Shown: positions 39,631 to 53,296 of the stretch, piece after piece
Layout of the letters: each line of letters begins with the position of its first letter
How positions within the stretch are numbered: the first letter of the stretch is position 1
NCBI GenBank assembly: GCA_013265495.1
Contig: MU058259.1
Coordinates: forward strand, 114,161-178,160
DNA: 64,000 nucleotides
DNA from: Vicugna vicugna
Taxonomy: Eukaryota
Direction: 5' to 3'
Notes under the pieces: generated by a model
Told to the model about the DNA's origin: nothing
What the model saw: the letters and a program-made list of their open reading frames with translations, nothing else
Database searches by the model: none
Position numbers and translations under genes: made by a program

Positions 39631-41149
39631 TCTTGGTAGTCACTAAGAGACAGCAGAGATGCTGCCATGCCTGAAGGACAGCTAGACGCAGTCATGAGTC
39701 CAATGCTTCATTCTCCACACCAACCTCGAGTGGTCATAATTCAATTTCAGCCTCACTGATGGCACCTTCCCACATGTCATGGATTGTCAGGGCCCTCATT
39801 AGGATCAAAACCATGAATGATAAATCTAGGATTCTAAGGGTCTCCTGTGTCCCCCATTTTTGGTTCCCCACTTAGCAAGATCCAACCCAAACTTGTTAAA
39901 TTGAATTAAATGAAACTGCCAGGACCATTTGGCATTCTGTAGTGAGTTTGGGCAGGTCCTCCTGTCTTGCCCTCCTCTTAATTCTAGACCTGTTGGATGG
40001 CCTTGGCATGGCCCCATTTCCCTATTGCTTTCTCCTTGTGCATCACATGGCAACTTTCTCCATAAACCAACCTCACCTGCTCCAGCTTAGAGAACCATAG
40101 TGAGGACCTATTGCTGTGTACATAATAGCCCCTAAGCCTGCTGTAACCTCTAATGGTAGGAAAGGTACAGTGCTCGTTTTGGAGAGCCGGTTCCATCTGG
40201 GCCAGAACTAGACCAGAAGCTGTTTTATGCCTCTGGTCAGGCAGGCAGTCTCCAAGCTCATTCCAGGGGCCTCATTTGTTCTTCCCAGACCACCTGCGTC
40301 TCCTTTCCCAGACTCACTGGCCTCCAGCTGACCTTGGCTGGGGGGCTCTGTTCTCCCCACCCTGTTTTCTTGGCAATCCCAGCCCTCGTGACCTTGGCAA
40401 GTGGGAGGCATTAACACCTAAGACTCAGGGACCCGTCTGCTTTTCATGACCCACAGAGGGCTGACTTGTTGACCTAACTTTATGGTGCTGTCCCTGGCAC
40501 TTGGAGCCCCATGAGACTGACCTGGTCCCATTAGCCAAGGGCTCTATCAACGATACTTTATTTCTTGCTGGCATTTCTGAAAACTGATAGGTTGCTCAGG
40601 GATTTCTGAGCCTTGAGTTGATTAGCAGTTAATGATGTGTGTTTTGATGAGAAAATAAAAGATTTTGTTTATCCACTTGAGAGGAAGGAAATAAGGAGTA
40701 AAATGGAGAGAAGGAAAAACACAAATTCTCAGCTTTTCAGTGGGGTTTTAAGTGGTTTGGGTCTGCTGAGTTCCCAGTCATTGCTGGAAAATACTCTGGG
40801 TGTCGATTTTATGTATCAGCTCTCAGAAAAATACATGATATTCAGCTCTACCTAAAGCTGTCAGGAGACACACAGAGGGCCAAAAGGGCTGCTGGACAAG
40901 TCATTTTACTATTCAGAGAATGTGTGAATACAACCAGGAGGTGCATTTATACTTCAGCCTGAATCAGAGGGAGAGAGGAGCCCATGGGGATCAGAGGCAG
41001 GTTCCAACAGTAGGTCTTCCAACCAGAGCCACCCCCAACTGGGTCAATGGGTACAAAAAGAGTGGTTTTGAAACTGCCTCTTGGTCCACCACTGTTGAAA
41101 TCATGGAGAAGATGTAGGGGGGCTCCATAAAGGCAGGATGTGGTCATCT

Positions 41150-41335
41150 AAAAGGAGTGGGCTTTGGAGTCAAACCAATCTGGATTTGAATCTCACTTAA
41201 CTGTTCCAGATTTCTCAACCTCTCTGAGTCTCATTCCTCATTCATAAAGTGGGCCAGTACTATTTAACTTGCAGAGTAGCCATGAAGATTAAGTGAAATT
41301 AGCTAGCACAAATCAGGTGCCCAGTGAGTGTTACT
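41150..41335 (+). mobile_element. MIR SINE
   Basis: gggctttggagtcaaacc...aacctctctgagtctcattcctcatt...tgaagattaagtga. Confidence 0.75.
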
Positions 41336-42959
41336 TACCCTTCCCACCCCTTTCCTTTTTTTCCTACAGAAGGTCTGCATTCTCCCCTCTCCAGAGCATA
41401 CGTGGTCTTTAATGGCTGACATTCAAAACAAATAGACCAAGGGGGTTAACATCTTCTGGAGGCTTGGGTTTTTTTCAAAAACAACTCACAGGGGAACTAG
41501 TAATTCATAATCCTCCCTTTCAGGGATCCCCTGATGAAATCAACAAAATATCCTTTATTAAGGGCTGATATTGGAGTTTTACAGACAGTTTGGGCCAGTA
41601 AACTCAGTTGGAGTTAGGCAAAGCTTTGATTTTCCAGATGAGCCCATAGAAGTGATGTTCTTTGATGCTAGTCTTACTCAGGCCAGTTCAGCCAGTCATA
41701 TAACAAACGAATATTGTTGGTTATAAGTGGAGCTAAATGAGAGGCTGAGTGAGAGTCTTCCCCTATCACTATTGCTAAAATGACAACTTGGAGCAACATT
41801 ATCTTTGCTTGGCAAGACCAGTCCGTGGGGTAGGAAGCACCCTTTGGTGAGCATCTATTCTGAAGACTTTACTGATGTTCATGGGTAGTCCTAAGTCTGA
41901 GGGTGAATGACAACATTAGAGGGTCTCAGCTCTTCTAGAATAGTCTTCTCTTACTAAACTACCTTTGCCTCTGGGGTTGGAAGAGTCAAACTTGTGACTT
42001 GGGTCATCTAGGAAGGAGTTACTGAGGAAGAAACTTATATGTGGTGTTGTATACTGTAAAGATACTGCCATCGCCCAGTAGAAGATACTCTAAGGTAATA
42101 GACATTTAACAGCAGGTCAAAAAAAGAAAGCTCATAACTTTAGTCTAATTCTTTTTCATTTCTAATTCTTCTTTGTTTCTGCTATTTGAACACATTAAAA
42201 GTGTGTTCTTTCTACTTCGAGGAAATTTTTCAGTCAAGGTTAGGGGCTTATCAGAACTTCCTTTCCGTTCTGGCACCAATTTAATTCCTTAGGGTTCATT
42301 TTAATAGACTTGTTTCCCAATTAAACAACAATTTTCAGGAACGTCTCTGGGTTTAAGGTAGCTTAGTATGCCTATAAAAAGCCAAGTGCCATTCAAAGCA
42401 GCTGGTTATGAATTCCTCATGAGATGGGTCATCATGAGTTTAACATTGACATTGGCAGTTTCGTTAAAAATGAAGAAATGCACCTTGGAATTGCTCAAAA
42501 TCCTACAAGGATAAAAGAAAAGAATATTCACGTTTTCCCGTGTGAGGATGGTGGTGGTAATGGAGATGAGGAGGGTTGTCCCCTGCAAACCAAAGGACGT
42601 AAGTCAATTGGGAAGTCATTTAGGGTGTGACTGAGGTCAAAATCATATGGTGAAAATCAGTGGGATATTTTATTTCTCATTTGGGGAGAGATGGACAAGA
42701 AGATTTTCTCCAGCAAATGCTAAGCCTCTCCATGTGCTCTAAAAGCTTAGAGGTATCATCTTCAACCCACGCCAAGCCAGAAAATAGAACAACATACATT
42801 CCTGGTGTCCAAAGGCCCAGTGCTTGCATTTGTCCAGTGAGAGAATTGCCTCCTATACACAACTGTGTGAACTGATATTCCTGTAGCATGTTTGACCCTT
42901 CCAGAACCTTCTTTCTGAAGCTTCTTTGGACAACTACTGGTGTGGTTCTTTAAAAGCTA

Positions 42960-43600
42960 CCTGCAAGACAAGATCCACCAATGGGTGCTAGAATTAGTGG
43001 GTGAACATTTGCAGACAAACAGTTATCTCTCTCGAGGTATTCATTCATTACAAAGGGAAAAACATGCAACAACATAACATACATACCACAACTAAGTGAT
43101 CAAGGTTAATGTCACTAATAATCAGGCATGTCAACACCATGTATCATTTGATATACTGTCCTGAGAAGGGTACGTGATAGCTTCTATGGTGTTCTTACCC
43201 CAAATGCATAACTTCAACTTAATTATGAGAAAATACTAGACAAACCCAAATTGAGAGACATTCTATAAGACAACTGACTAGCACTCTTCAGAAGTGTCAA
43301 GGTTAGAAAAGGTAGGGAAAAATTGAGGAGGTATCACAGATTGAAGGTGCCTAAGGAGGAACAGATTCTGGAACAGGAGAAGGACATTAGTGGAAAGACT
43401 AGTGAAATCTGAATAAAATCTATAGTTTTTATAGTACCATGCTAATGTTAATTTTCTGGTTTTGATGATTGTACTGTAGTTATGGAAGATGCTAACATTA
43501 GGGAAAGCTGGGTAAAGGGTATACATATGTGAATTCTCTGTACAATTTTTGCAACTTGTCTGTAAGTCTAAACTTACTTCAAAATAAAAAGTTAAAAAAT
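42960..43600 (+). mobile_element. L1MC/MD-type 3' UTR
   Basis: gacaaacccaaattgagagacattcta...ggacattagtggaaag...gtaagtctaaacttacttcaaaataaaaagtt. Confidence 0.85.
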
Positions 43601-45369
43601 AAGTTTCCTGGGGGAAAAAAACACCAAGCAGCGTTATAATTGCCCTTTGAAGTGCCTCAGTGCCTCAGTGAACCAGATGGGGGTACATAATTACCTTCCT
43701 TCACATTCTATATTTAATTTCTACAAGTAGTAACTTGTGCACCTTCTCAGTCCTGCAGGTAGCCTAGGAAAATGATATTTCATGTTTCAAGACTAAAAGG
43801 GTAAAATTGGGAAAAGCCTCTCCTACTTGGTTTCACAAGCTTTATTACTTGTGAGAAATGCGTCTGTGAACAATGGTGTAAAAAGATATATATTTTTAAA
43901 GGCTGAAACATGGAAGTGAGAATTTGAGGCAGGAGGACTGCCAATTATTTGATTTTTTTTTTCCTTAAAAGCTGTGTACTTCTTTGGAGTCAGAATCCAA
44001 TTGTTTCAAGTCTTCATTAATCAGTGACACCATTCATCAAATGGACACACTGGCATAATGAGCTCTCATAAATACAGTGTTTATGATCTTTCTTGAATTA
44101 TTAGAGTGAGGAGTGGGGGTAGAGTGAAATCACACAGTACCCCATTTACTCAGTCTAAAACATGCTTACATATGCCACAGCAAATTAACATCCTGTCTTG
44201 TTTTCTGTTTCATCTCTCTCGTCTCTATTGCTCTGTCTCACTTTGGTTCTCTCTCACATGTATAAGGAGCGAACCAAGGACACCCCCTGCCCCAATCCCT
44301 TAATTGAGGCAGTTCAGGTCAAATCATGATTGTTAATGGAAAGAAACCAAATCATTTGTCACAGAGCTTAATTTTGCCTGCGCTGCCTGATTTCCTGCTG
44401 TTATTGTACTTACAGTAGATGATAAAAGCAGTTGCTACAGCCTCTTCACAGGAAAACAAATCCCAGCTGCAGTCTGAATCAAAGCACCTGGGGTTGTGCA
44501 TCAGCTGGGATCGAACAGCTATTTTTCCAGCCAATTGGTTGCTCCTCAGGTTGATAGAAATGAACTGCCCCATTTTTGAATGAAAGTTAACTCCTGAGTT
44601 TCCAAGTACTGTGTTTGGTCTCAGATCAGTGAGAAAATATGGAGGCCCCAGAGCCCTTTTCCGTTTACCACCTCAGAAGGCACAGACTTCCCCCAGGTTT
44701 CTAAAACTGTAGTTCATGGGCTGGGAACCACGTGTGTATTAAGATGGAGCTTGACTGTGTACACATTGAAAATTGGAAAGCCATCATCAAGAGGCCAGGA
44801 GAATAGGTTCTTCTTGTTAGGAAAAGACAAAGCATTTGACTGAGCATTTGTGGAAATGATAATTCCCTGGAATCGCATGATTTCAATACTTTGTCCAATT
44901 TTCGCCCTGCTACTGGCCTGTTGACTACAGAGGCGGTGCCAGTTTTGAGACTTGTCTTATAGATGGAGAAGCAGGTATGATAGGCATGTCTTTGGTCATA
45001 AAGGAAGTTCAGAAGTAACATGATAGCTGTTGGTCATGATCAGCCTTCTGGCCAGCCACCTCCATCCCCAAAACAACCACACAGGGCTTCCCTGGACCCA
45101 CTCTAAAATGCACATCAGTAAGAGAGTAATCTTTCCTTTCTGGAATCCAACCCTGGCCATGGCTCAATCCAGTCTGTGGGGTGTGAAGAGGGTATGTGTA
45201 TGTCCTGTGTTTATGTTTATGGGGCGGGGAGGAGTGCGGAGTGTTGCTTGGCAGGCGAGAAGACAGAGCCGGAGAAGAGAGATCGAGGATGCCAGGCATC
45301 CCCCTGGATGAACAAAATGTAACTTCCAAAACCATTGCCTTTGAAGACTTCTGCTCTAGATCAGAGATT

Positions 45370-45542
45370 TCCAAGTCCGGCTGAACATCTAAGTCACCTG
45401 GAGGAGCTTTAAAAAATACAGATTCCAGGGCTCCATCCTAATCTTATTGGGTCAGGACTTCTAGGGGAAGAGCTAAGGAAAAAAGTCTTTCCCCAAAGCC
45501 CAGCTAGTGGCTCAGACCAAGATCCAGGTCTGGGAACCACTG
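45370..45542. mobile_element. MER5-family MITE
   Basis: tcacctggaggagctttaaaaaatacagattccagggctccatcc...tgggaaccactg. Confidence 0.7.
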
Positions 45543-45604
45543 CACTTGACTGCTACTAACCAATCACTATCCCCTGACTTTATGAGATACTGTAAATAAG
45601 TAAG

Positions 45605-46300
45605 AAGAATAATAACAATATTTATCAAGCATTTGCTATATGCACGGTGCTAAGAGCTTTACATGCAGTCTTATTTAGTCCTTAACAATAGCCCTTTGAG
45701 AAAGGTACTATTATTGCCTTTTTAAAAATGGGGAAACTGAAGTTCAGAGAAATAAAGTAACTTGTCTAAGATTTTCACAGCTAATAAGTGGAGTAACTGG
45801 GATTCATACACAAATGGTCTGATTTACGAGCCTATGTTCTTACTTACTGGGCCATAATGCTTTGGGACGATGAGTATTTATGCCCTTAGATAATTTTGGC
45901 CCTAGGATGTGGGAGTGGAGGAGGAAAGTAACTATATCAAAAGAGAATGAAGCACAGTGTGTATGTGTGTGCCTGGGCATGCTTATGCACATGAGTGTTA
46001 GCAATGTGTGGAGCAGATGGAGAACTGAAGAAACTGATAGATAGCTGAGCCTGAGGGAAGAAGAGTACAATGGGATAGTGAAATAGGAATGAATTTTGGA
46101 GCCAAAGACTTAAGTGTGAATCTCAGCTCTGCCGTTTGTTAACTGTATGACTTTATGCAGGGCATTTAACCTCTCATGGCCTTGGCTTCTCTGTCAATAA
46201 AATAAAAATAATACTATTCATATTGCAAGTTTGTAGATTATACATAAAGTTTATAAACTGCTCTGTGCAGAGTAGATCCTCAGTTATGGCAGTCATTATT
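45605..46300. mobile_element. Two MIR SINEs (minus ~45605-45850; plus ~46070-46300)
   Basis: ggtactattattgcc...gggaaactgaagttcagagaaataaagtaacttg; gaatctcagctctgcc...tttaacctctc. Confidence 0.78.
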
Positions 46301-47139
46301 ATATATTAGTATATTGCAAAGAAAAAAAGGCAATAATCCTCAAAGGACTGATGTCTTGACCCCAAACTGAAAGTTGTTAGTAGAAATAACTTGACTGAAG
46401 ACATAATTCAAACTGGCTAGGAAAAGTTCAAAACAAAATTCCTTTAGAAAACTGCCTGGGAGACATTGCATCTTTAGATGTGAAAGAAAAAGAAAAAGTA
46501 ATCCAAAATACAGTTGTTCTCTGGCCCATATGAAGTATCAGTATGGTCATAAAGGATTAGTTGATTTTCTCCCCTCTTAGCATCCTCTTCTCAAAGGCAG
46601 CCTTGTGCTTTTACACAATGCTGGTTCTAATCTGGGGGCACCAAGGAAGAGACCTTAGGGAAGAACAGATTCTTCCCTTAGATGAAGATTGTGTACAACC
46701 TAGTGTATGTCCTTTGGCTGTACATGGTCTTTGTAATTTTACTGATGGGTTTGGACCCTGAGTTTCAAAACGATGGCAGAAGATAGGAAGACATTTAGAA
46801 GTTGTTCTACAAAAGTAAGAAGAAAGGTACTACTGCCAAAAGATGACTAAGAGGGAATGGTAATAGTCCTCTATCATTGGAAAAATATAATGGTCCCAGG
46901 GAGAGTAATTAGATAACATAAAGAGTATTCTTGAGAAGGAATATTCAGACTCTCAGAAACAATTTCTGCATGTCAAGACTTGTGAAATGTTCCAAAAGAA
47001 GGGGCAGAAACTGTCTCCACTGAATCATGGGAAGTCAAGTGAAAATTGAACATGATAAAACACTCCAGCTGGGAATCTCCAATCTAGTTCTTGAAGATGC
47101 ATTTGACAGGACTTAGATTTAAGAAAGATTTTGAACTGT

Positions 47140-47515
47140 AGCCATGAGAATGAACAAGCTATTGCTGTGTGAAAACATGGATAAATCTCACTCATGGAAA
47201 ACATGGCTAAATCTCATTAAGTTTAATGTTATGTGAAAAAAGCTAGACACAGAGAGGCATACTGTATGTTTCCATTCATATAAAGGTCCAAAAGAGGTAA
47301 AACTAATCTATGTATTAGAAGTTAGGCACCATAGTTATCTTTGGGGTCTAGTGACTGGGAGGAGACAGAAAAGAGTTTTCAGGGGTGCTGGGCACATTAT
47401 ATTTCTTGATTTTGGTGCTGACTATGTGGGGATGTTCAGTTTCTGAATATCCATTGAATTGTATACTCATGATTTATCAATTTTTCTGAATGTATATTTC
47501 AATAAAAAGTTAATA
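47140..47515 (+). mobile_element. L1ME-type 3' end with a small internal duplication (gaaaacatgg.taaatctca x2)
   Basis: catactgtatgtttccattcatataaag...aaaactaatctatg...tttcaataaaaagtt. Confidence 0.8.
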
Positions 47516-47684
47516 GAATAAAAGTTTTATCTATGAACAAAGAACAGTTTCTTTCAAGAGGAGCAAACTCCAAATATCTAACCTCAGAGTTTATTTCTAA
47601 TTGCTTCGCCCATGAAAATTTTCTCTTTTCTTGAGCTGCGAATTCTTCAGCTTCATGTGCTGGTCAGAAGAACCTTAATATGTC

Positions 47685-48123
47685 AGTTCAAGTGAAGAAG
47701 TGTATGTTAAGATGGAATTAGATGTGCCGGAGATTTATCAGAAGAAATTCCTCTGAGGGATAAAGGGGAAGGAAACAGTGTGAAGAACGTTTAGGCCAAA
47801 ATGTAGATTTGACACCTTTGTAAGGAGGGTGGGGAGGATAGAAGATTGAGTAGGAAGATCTTCCGTCTGTAGCATGGTCCTGAGAAAAATCTCAGCCAAA
47901 TTGATGGGGAAGTCTTGGGCAGATATTGCTCAGTGGAGGAAATAATGCTGTCCCTGCCATGCTCAGTCTTGGCTGGATGCAGCCCAGAGGAAGTGGGGTC
48001 TTGGCTTAAATGTTGTAGTGAATTGAAAGTGCAGCAATTTGAGGCTGTCAGTCAAACACACTCGCAGCAAGCAGGTCCTCTTGAAAAGAGATCTGGGAAA
48101 TGCATGCCCATGCCCATACCACA
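47685..48123 (-). mobile_element. ERVL LTR33-like LTR
   Basis: ccctgccatgctcagtcttggctgg...gaggctgtcagtcaa...ctcttgaaaagagatctg...catggc-like end. Confidence 0.7.
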
Positions 48124-49259
48124 GCTACATATGCCGTGATGCTCATGGCGTGGGAGTTGGCTACAGCTTGCTCCATACAGAAATGTTATCTAGCATGTTA
48201 TAAACATTAAGATTACCGTGCTCCAACTTACTATTAAATAGTAAGGAAAGAAGGAAAAATAAAATGTGGCACATACCATATGAACACAGTTGTTTCTAAA
48301 CAGAGTGTTTCTTAAAGCTTGCTAGGAAATGAAGAGAGCTTCTTAAAAGAAAAGCAAATGCTTCTCAGGTCCCATTTTAGCTGACTTTCTAGAGAATATT
48401 CATTGAGCTACTTACAGAAAAATGTCTCCTGTTATGTTCTGCTAGGGTCATAGCACAAAATAATGTGAATATTGTGATCCTGGAGTTTTGACTCCTTTCA
48501 TTGATTTAGCTGCCAAAATTCTCAAGAATAGGCTGTTTGTTTGAATTAGGGACACCTTTCCCACAACATACAGGTTATTTTTTCCATCCATCCTATCATC
48601 TATACCTAGAAACAAAACCCGGTGATTAGTTTACAAGGGTCCCTAACACAGTGACAAAATTGCTAACTTCAATGTGACAACTCTTTTTTGCTAGCTATTA
48701 GAGTACCAACGATTCCTCCTGCTGGCTACCACCACAAATTCCCATAATTCAAGGGAAAACAGAACCGTTAATCTATTCCTTAACAATGGGGAGTCTCAGT
48801 GTATGCAACATACATAAGGATAAAGAAACAAGGTGTACTTCAAGTACAGACAAGATGATTGTCTCCCTGTACTTCCCTGATAACTACAACTATGAACCCT
48901 GGAACAAGAGGCAAAAAAAAAAAAAAAAAAAGAACTCTGAAAGGGGTAAGAGAAATAAGCAGGTATAATCCTGGGAGCAAAGGGTGTCAGATATTCACCT
49001 GACATCTGATACCTGAGAGACCGAGTTAAACAGAGGCTGATGTCAAGAAATCTGAGGAGGGCACTTGGATGTTGACCTAGCAGAGAGGCCACAGATGCAG
49101 AGGATGCAGTGAGAACTGCTAGCCATCCTAGTAAGAGAGATTTTACTCTTGCTCTCTTTTCTTCCTTCTGTAAAATTGTTCTGTTCATAAAATTCTGTGA
49201 TTTGGGAAATTCTCTAAACTGAAAAAAAATGAAATGATTGAAGTCCCTTCTGTGTAATA

Positions 49260-50150
49260 CATTGATGTCTTGTTCAAAAAATGAATGACCTAACACAATG
49301 ATGGGATCAAAGGGACATAGGAGCCAACCGAAAGGCCTCCCATTGGCAAAAGCTGAAACAATTTGAACAAAATAAAATCATATTGGATTATAACCCAAAG
49401 CATAAAATAAATATCCCTGAGCCCACAATGCTGTAACTCAGTGATTAAATAAACAAACAGGGGAGAAGAGACAAATCTTTGCAGAAGAATCCCAGATTAT
49501 GTAGAGACACCCTCAAGGAGGTGGGGTGCTACTCCCCACTCCTTAAGTGTGTGTTGTGCAGCGAGACTTCCTTCCCAAGAGGACGGTATGAAAAGGGGGG
49601 AAAAGAGGGAGCTTACAGTGGAGGGACCTGACCACCACTCCTTCAGCCAGGCAATCAGGGTCACCATCAACAATAAGTCATCACGGTGATGGTACATACC
49701 CTTGATAGGCTGTGGTGAGAATGGCACCTTACCTCTGTGGTTTTCCTCCCCAAACCCATGACTCCAGTTTCATCATGAGGAAAATCATCAGAAAAGTCCC
49801 AACTGGAGAACATTCTGCAAAATACCTGACCAGTCCTCCTCAGAACTGCCCAGGTCATCAAAAACAAGGGAAGTCTGAGAAACTGTCACAGCCCAGAGGA
49901 ACCCAAGGAGACATGATGACTAAACGTAATGTCACCAAGAGAACATTTAGGTAAAAACTGAAGAAATCTAAATAAGATATGGGTTTGATTAATAATAGAA
50001 CTTCAGTGTTGGTTCATTAGTTTTGACAAATGTACTATAGTAATAAAAGATGTTAACAATTGGGGAAACTGGATGTCTGTTATAAGGGAATTTTCTGTAC
50101 TATCTTTGTAACTTTTCTGCAAATTTAACGCTGTTTTAAAGAAAAAAAGT
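49260..50150 (+). mobile_element. L1MD/L1MC-type 3' UTR
   Basis: ttggattataacccaaag...ccccactccttaagtgtg...cattctgcaaaatacctgaccagt...tctgtactatctttgtaacttttctg. Confidence 0.88.
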
Positions 50151-50762
50151 ATATTAAAAGAAATGAATGCAACTCCTTTCATCCTTGAACTTAGGGCAGT
50201 GGAAACCTTGTCAGTTCTGTTGGAGAGACTTGCCGTGCATGAATTGGGCAAACCTGACAGTCCATCCACACACTGAAGTTGCAGGAACATGCAGCGCCCT
50301 TTGTGGCACAAGCCATTTGTGAGAATGATGGCCACGTTCTCGTTTGTTTATAAGCTGCGTGCTAGCGAGGTCAGATGTTGCGTATCTGTGGGAGAACAAT
50401 AGATTTGATGGCTAAGGAAGCCCTCGGTAGCTCTTCTTCCAAGAGACAATTGCAGACAGAGTCTTGGCCTGACCACAGGGCCAGGCACAGGGGACTGCGG
50501 TTTTCCATGATTGGGGATATTTAGGGGCCACCGCTTTTTTTCCCCTTTAACATTAACACCCCTGCCTTGGAGTGTCTCAGTAGTTATTTTTTATGATTGT
50601 TTTGGATAATATTCTAATTATCAGTGCTCATTACCCCAGGGCAACTTTGCCGATGTTTCCTTTCTCACTAGGAGCTCAATCTGGCTCATTTGTGAATGGA
50701 TTTTTAAGAAAGGAAAAGGTGTCTGACACCTGGAAACAGAAGAAGAGTTGGCAGGCGTAGAT

Positions 50763-50764
<2 letters not shown>

Positions 50765-50802
<38 letters not shown>
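50765..50802. repeat. (GT)19 microsatellite
   Basis: Directly visible, perfect repeat. Confidence 0.97.
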
Positions 50803-50804
<2 letters not shown>

Positions 50805-51337
50805 CTCTGAGCATCATTTTCCCCATTGGAAGGCAGGCTGGTGTGTGGCCATCTCTGAGCTAGCTATCCTTGGTCCTTTATGTGCCAGTATTTCAACCAC
50901 ACTCACGCCATAATTGGCCTTGTTATCCCATCCAGCAAGTTAAGTCACCTCTCCAAAACCAAATCTGGATCTATTTGCCACTTCACCAAAACCCACTGCC
51001 TTATTATTTCATGCCCCTGCCTCCACATCTCTTTCCCGGCTATAATTTTTTGTTTCTGGTCCTTTCTTCGTGACGAAATGCACGCTACTCTGGCTTCTCA
51101 GAGTCACTTGGCTTGTACAGGGCTCTGCATTGATTTGGACAAACCCTGACAGCCTCAGGTGACGGTCACATGGCTCCAACCCCAAACCCACTCAGTCCAC
51201 ATGCTCGCTCCACACAGAAAAGGAAAGCGTGTTTCACGGTTACAAGACTTGTACAAGATGGGAGATACTGACTCTCCTTAGAAATAAGACCAAAGCACAA
51301 ACGTGAGGGGAGATAATCATGAATTTAACTACTACTC

Positions 51338-51986
51338 TTTTAAGGTTTATTTTAATTTTTTTTTATTGAAATGTAGTTGATTTACATTGTTTCAGGTGTA
51401 TAGCAAAGTGATTTAGCTATACATATAGATATATTCTTTTTCAGATTCTCTCCCATTTAGGTTATTGTAAGATATTGAATATAGTTCCCTGTGCTATATA
51501 GTAGGTCTTTGTTGTTTATTTTATATATAGTAATGTGTATCTGTTAACCCCAAACTCCTAATTTATCCCTCCCCCCTTTACCTTTTGGTAACCATAAGTT
51601 TCTTTTCTATGTTTTTATTTCTTTTTTGTAAATAAGTACATTTGTATTTTTTTAGGTTCTACATATAAGTGATATCATATGATATTTGTCTTCCTCTGTC
51701 TGACTTACTTCACTTAGTATGACAATCTCCAGGCCCATCCGTGTTGCTGCAAATGGCATTGTTTCATTCCTTTTTAAGGCTGAGTAGTATTCCATTATAC
51801 GCACACACACAGACACACACACACACACATACACATATACCACAACTTCTTTTTCCATTCATCTATCAATGGACATTTAGAACTGAGTAGTATTCCATTA
51901 TGTATATATACATGTATGTATATAAATATACCACAACTTCTTTTTCCATTCATCTATCAATGGACATTTAGGTTGTTTCCATGTCT
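51338..51986 (-). mobile_element. Artiodactyl-type L1 3' end with an internal tandem duplication
   Basis: ttttattgaaatgtagttgatttaca...; ORF2-like MEYYSALKRNETMPFAATRM. Confidence 0.9.
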
Positions 51987-52949
51987 TTAACCATCACTTA
52001 CTGAAGGTCTCCTACATAAAGAGAACTGAAGTAGGTTCTGTGGGAGATGTAAGCCATGGGTCCTCCCTTGATGCTGACAGTCAAGTCGGAAAAACAAGAC
52101 ATAAAAGGGACGGCGGCTACTGCCGGTACAGTGGGTCCAGAGAGAGAATGTTCTGGCTCAAAGCCCCTCAGAGCAGTGAGAAGGCAGAAGGTAGAAATAA
52201 ACTCTGCTGACCCTGGACATAGGAGTCTTAGCCCTTTGTCAGAGGCAGGAGAGTGTCCTCGAGGCACTGCTAGCATGGAAACCGTCACATGCCCAGCGGG
52301 CTTCCAAATCCAGCAGAACCATGGACTTCAACCATGTTCTAGTTTAGATCATTTTCTGCACTTGTCTTCAATCAGATTAAAATATCAGTTACTGACCTAC
52401 TTGCCCCCTCCACTTGTTTTTGTTAGATTTCTTGATTATAGAGCAGTCCTTACCCTATCTGGGACTGAAACAAACCCAAACCAAACCAAACCAATCCTGT
52501 TACTACATCTGCATCTATCTCAATAAATTCTTTAAAAAAAAACACACACACACACAGACACAACCCTATACAATGTAAAAATCAAATAATATTGTAAATA
52601 GATAAATAATGTTTACAAATTGAAGGGGCTTTTATGGCATATGAATGATCTTCCTTATTGTATATGCGCATGTGTAGTTTACTGGATTTTGTGTGCTTGG
52701 ATCTTCTTAAAGCAGGATCTTACTGTGTTAAGACTGGAGTTTTTAATCAGTTACCTATTACCATAATAATATCTTCTTGTATGTTCTCATCCAACATCCG
52801 ATTGCTTACAGTAAGTGTTTTAAGTGTTCATTCTCATTCTCACAGATGTGTAAGTTGAGTGAGGATAGGACTCAGTTGGACGGTTCTCCTTCAGAATGCA
52901 AATCTAGATCGACCTTGGTTCTTGGATACATTTTGGCTCTAGTACTCAT

Positions 52950-53245
52950 GCACCTGTCTCTCATCCTCTTTGGACCAGTGGGCTCCCTGAGGCATTTCCA
53001 TATTTGATGACAAATTTATGAAAGGGGCAAGCAGAGACATGTGACATCCCTTAGGCTTTGGCTGAGAACTGTCACACCGGCCCTTTTGCCCACATTCTAT
53101 TGGCAAAGCAAATTGTATGGCCAAGACCAGTATCAGTAGTGTGGGAACATGTACTTCACTTCTAGTGGAGTCACAAAGCCACATGGATGGCAAATGTCAT
53201 AAGTACATACAGGAGTAAGGATTCAAAGCATTAAAGCAATCTGCT
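52950..53245 (-). mobile_element. MLT1J-like LTR fragment
   Basis: gaactgtcacac...tgcccacattctattggcaaagcaa...atggccaag. Confidence 0.65.
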
Positions 53246-53296
53246 GGAACTAGAGAGAGGTTGAGAGCCCCTGTGTGGAGAATGACTCAATAGAAT

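Noticed and set aside
42410..42605. Minus-strand acceptor-like sites (ttatccttgtag, tggtttgcag) with short open frames
   Set aside because: Weak donors, early stop codons and no recognisable product.
50290..50310. CTCF-like gcagcgccctttgtggc
   Set aside because: Several mismatches at core positions of the consensus.
51998..52058. Peptide SSLYVGDLQ resembles the PABPC RRM1 motif ASLYVGDLH
   Set aside because: Only 7 residues match, a stop codon follows, and there is no flanking similarity; treated as chance.
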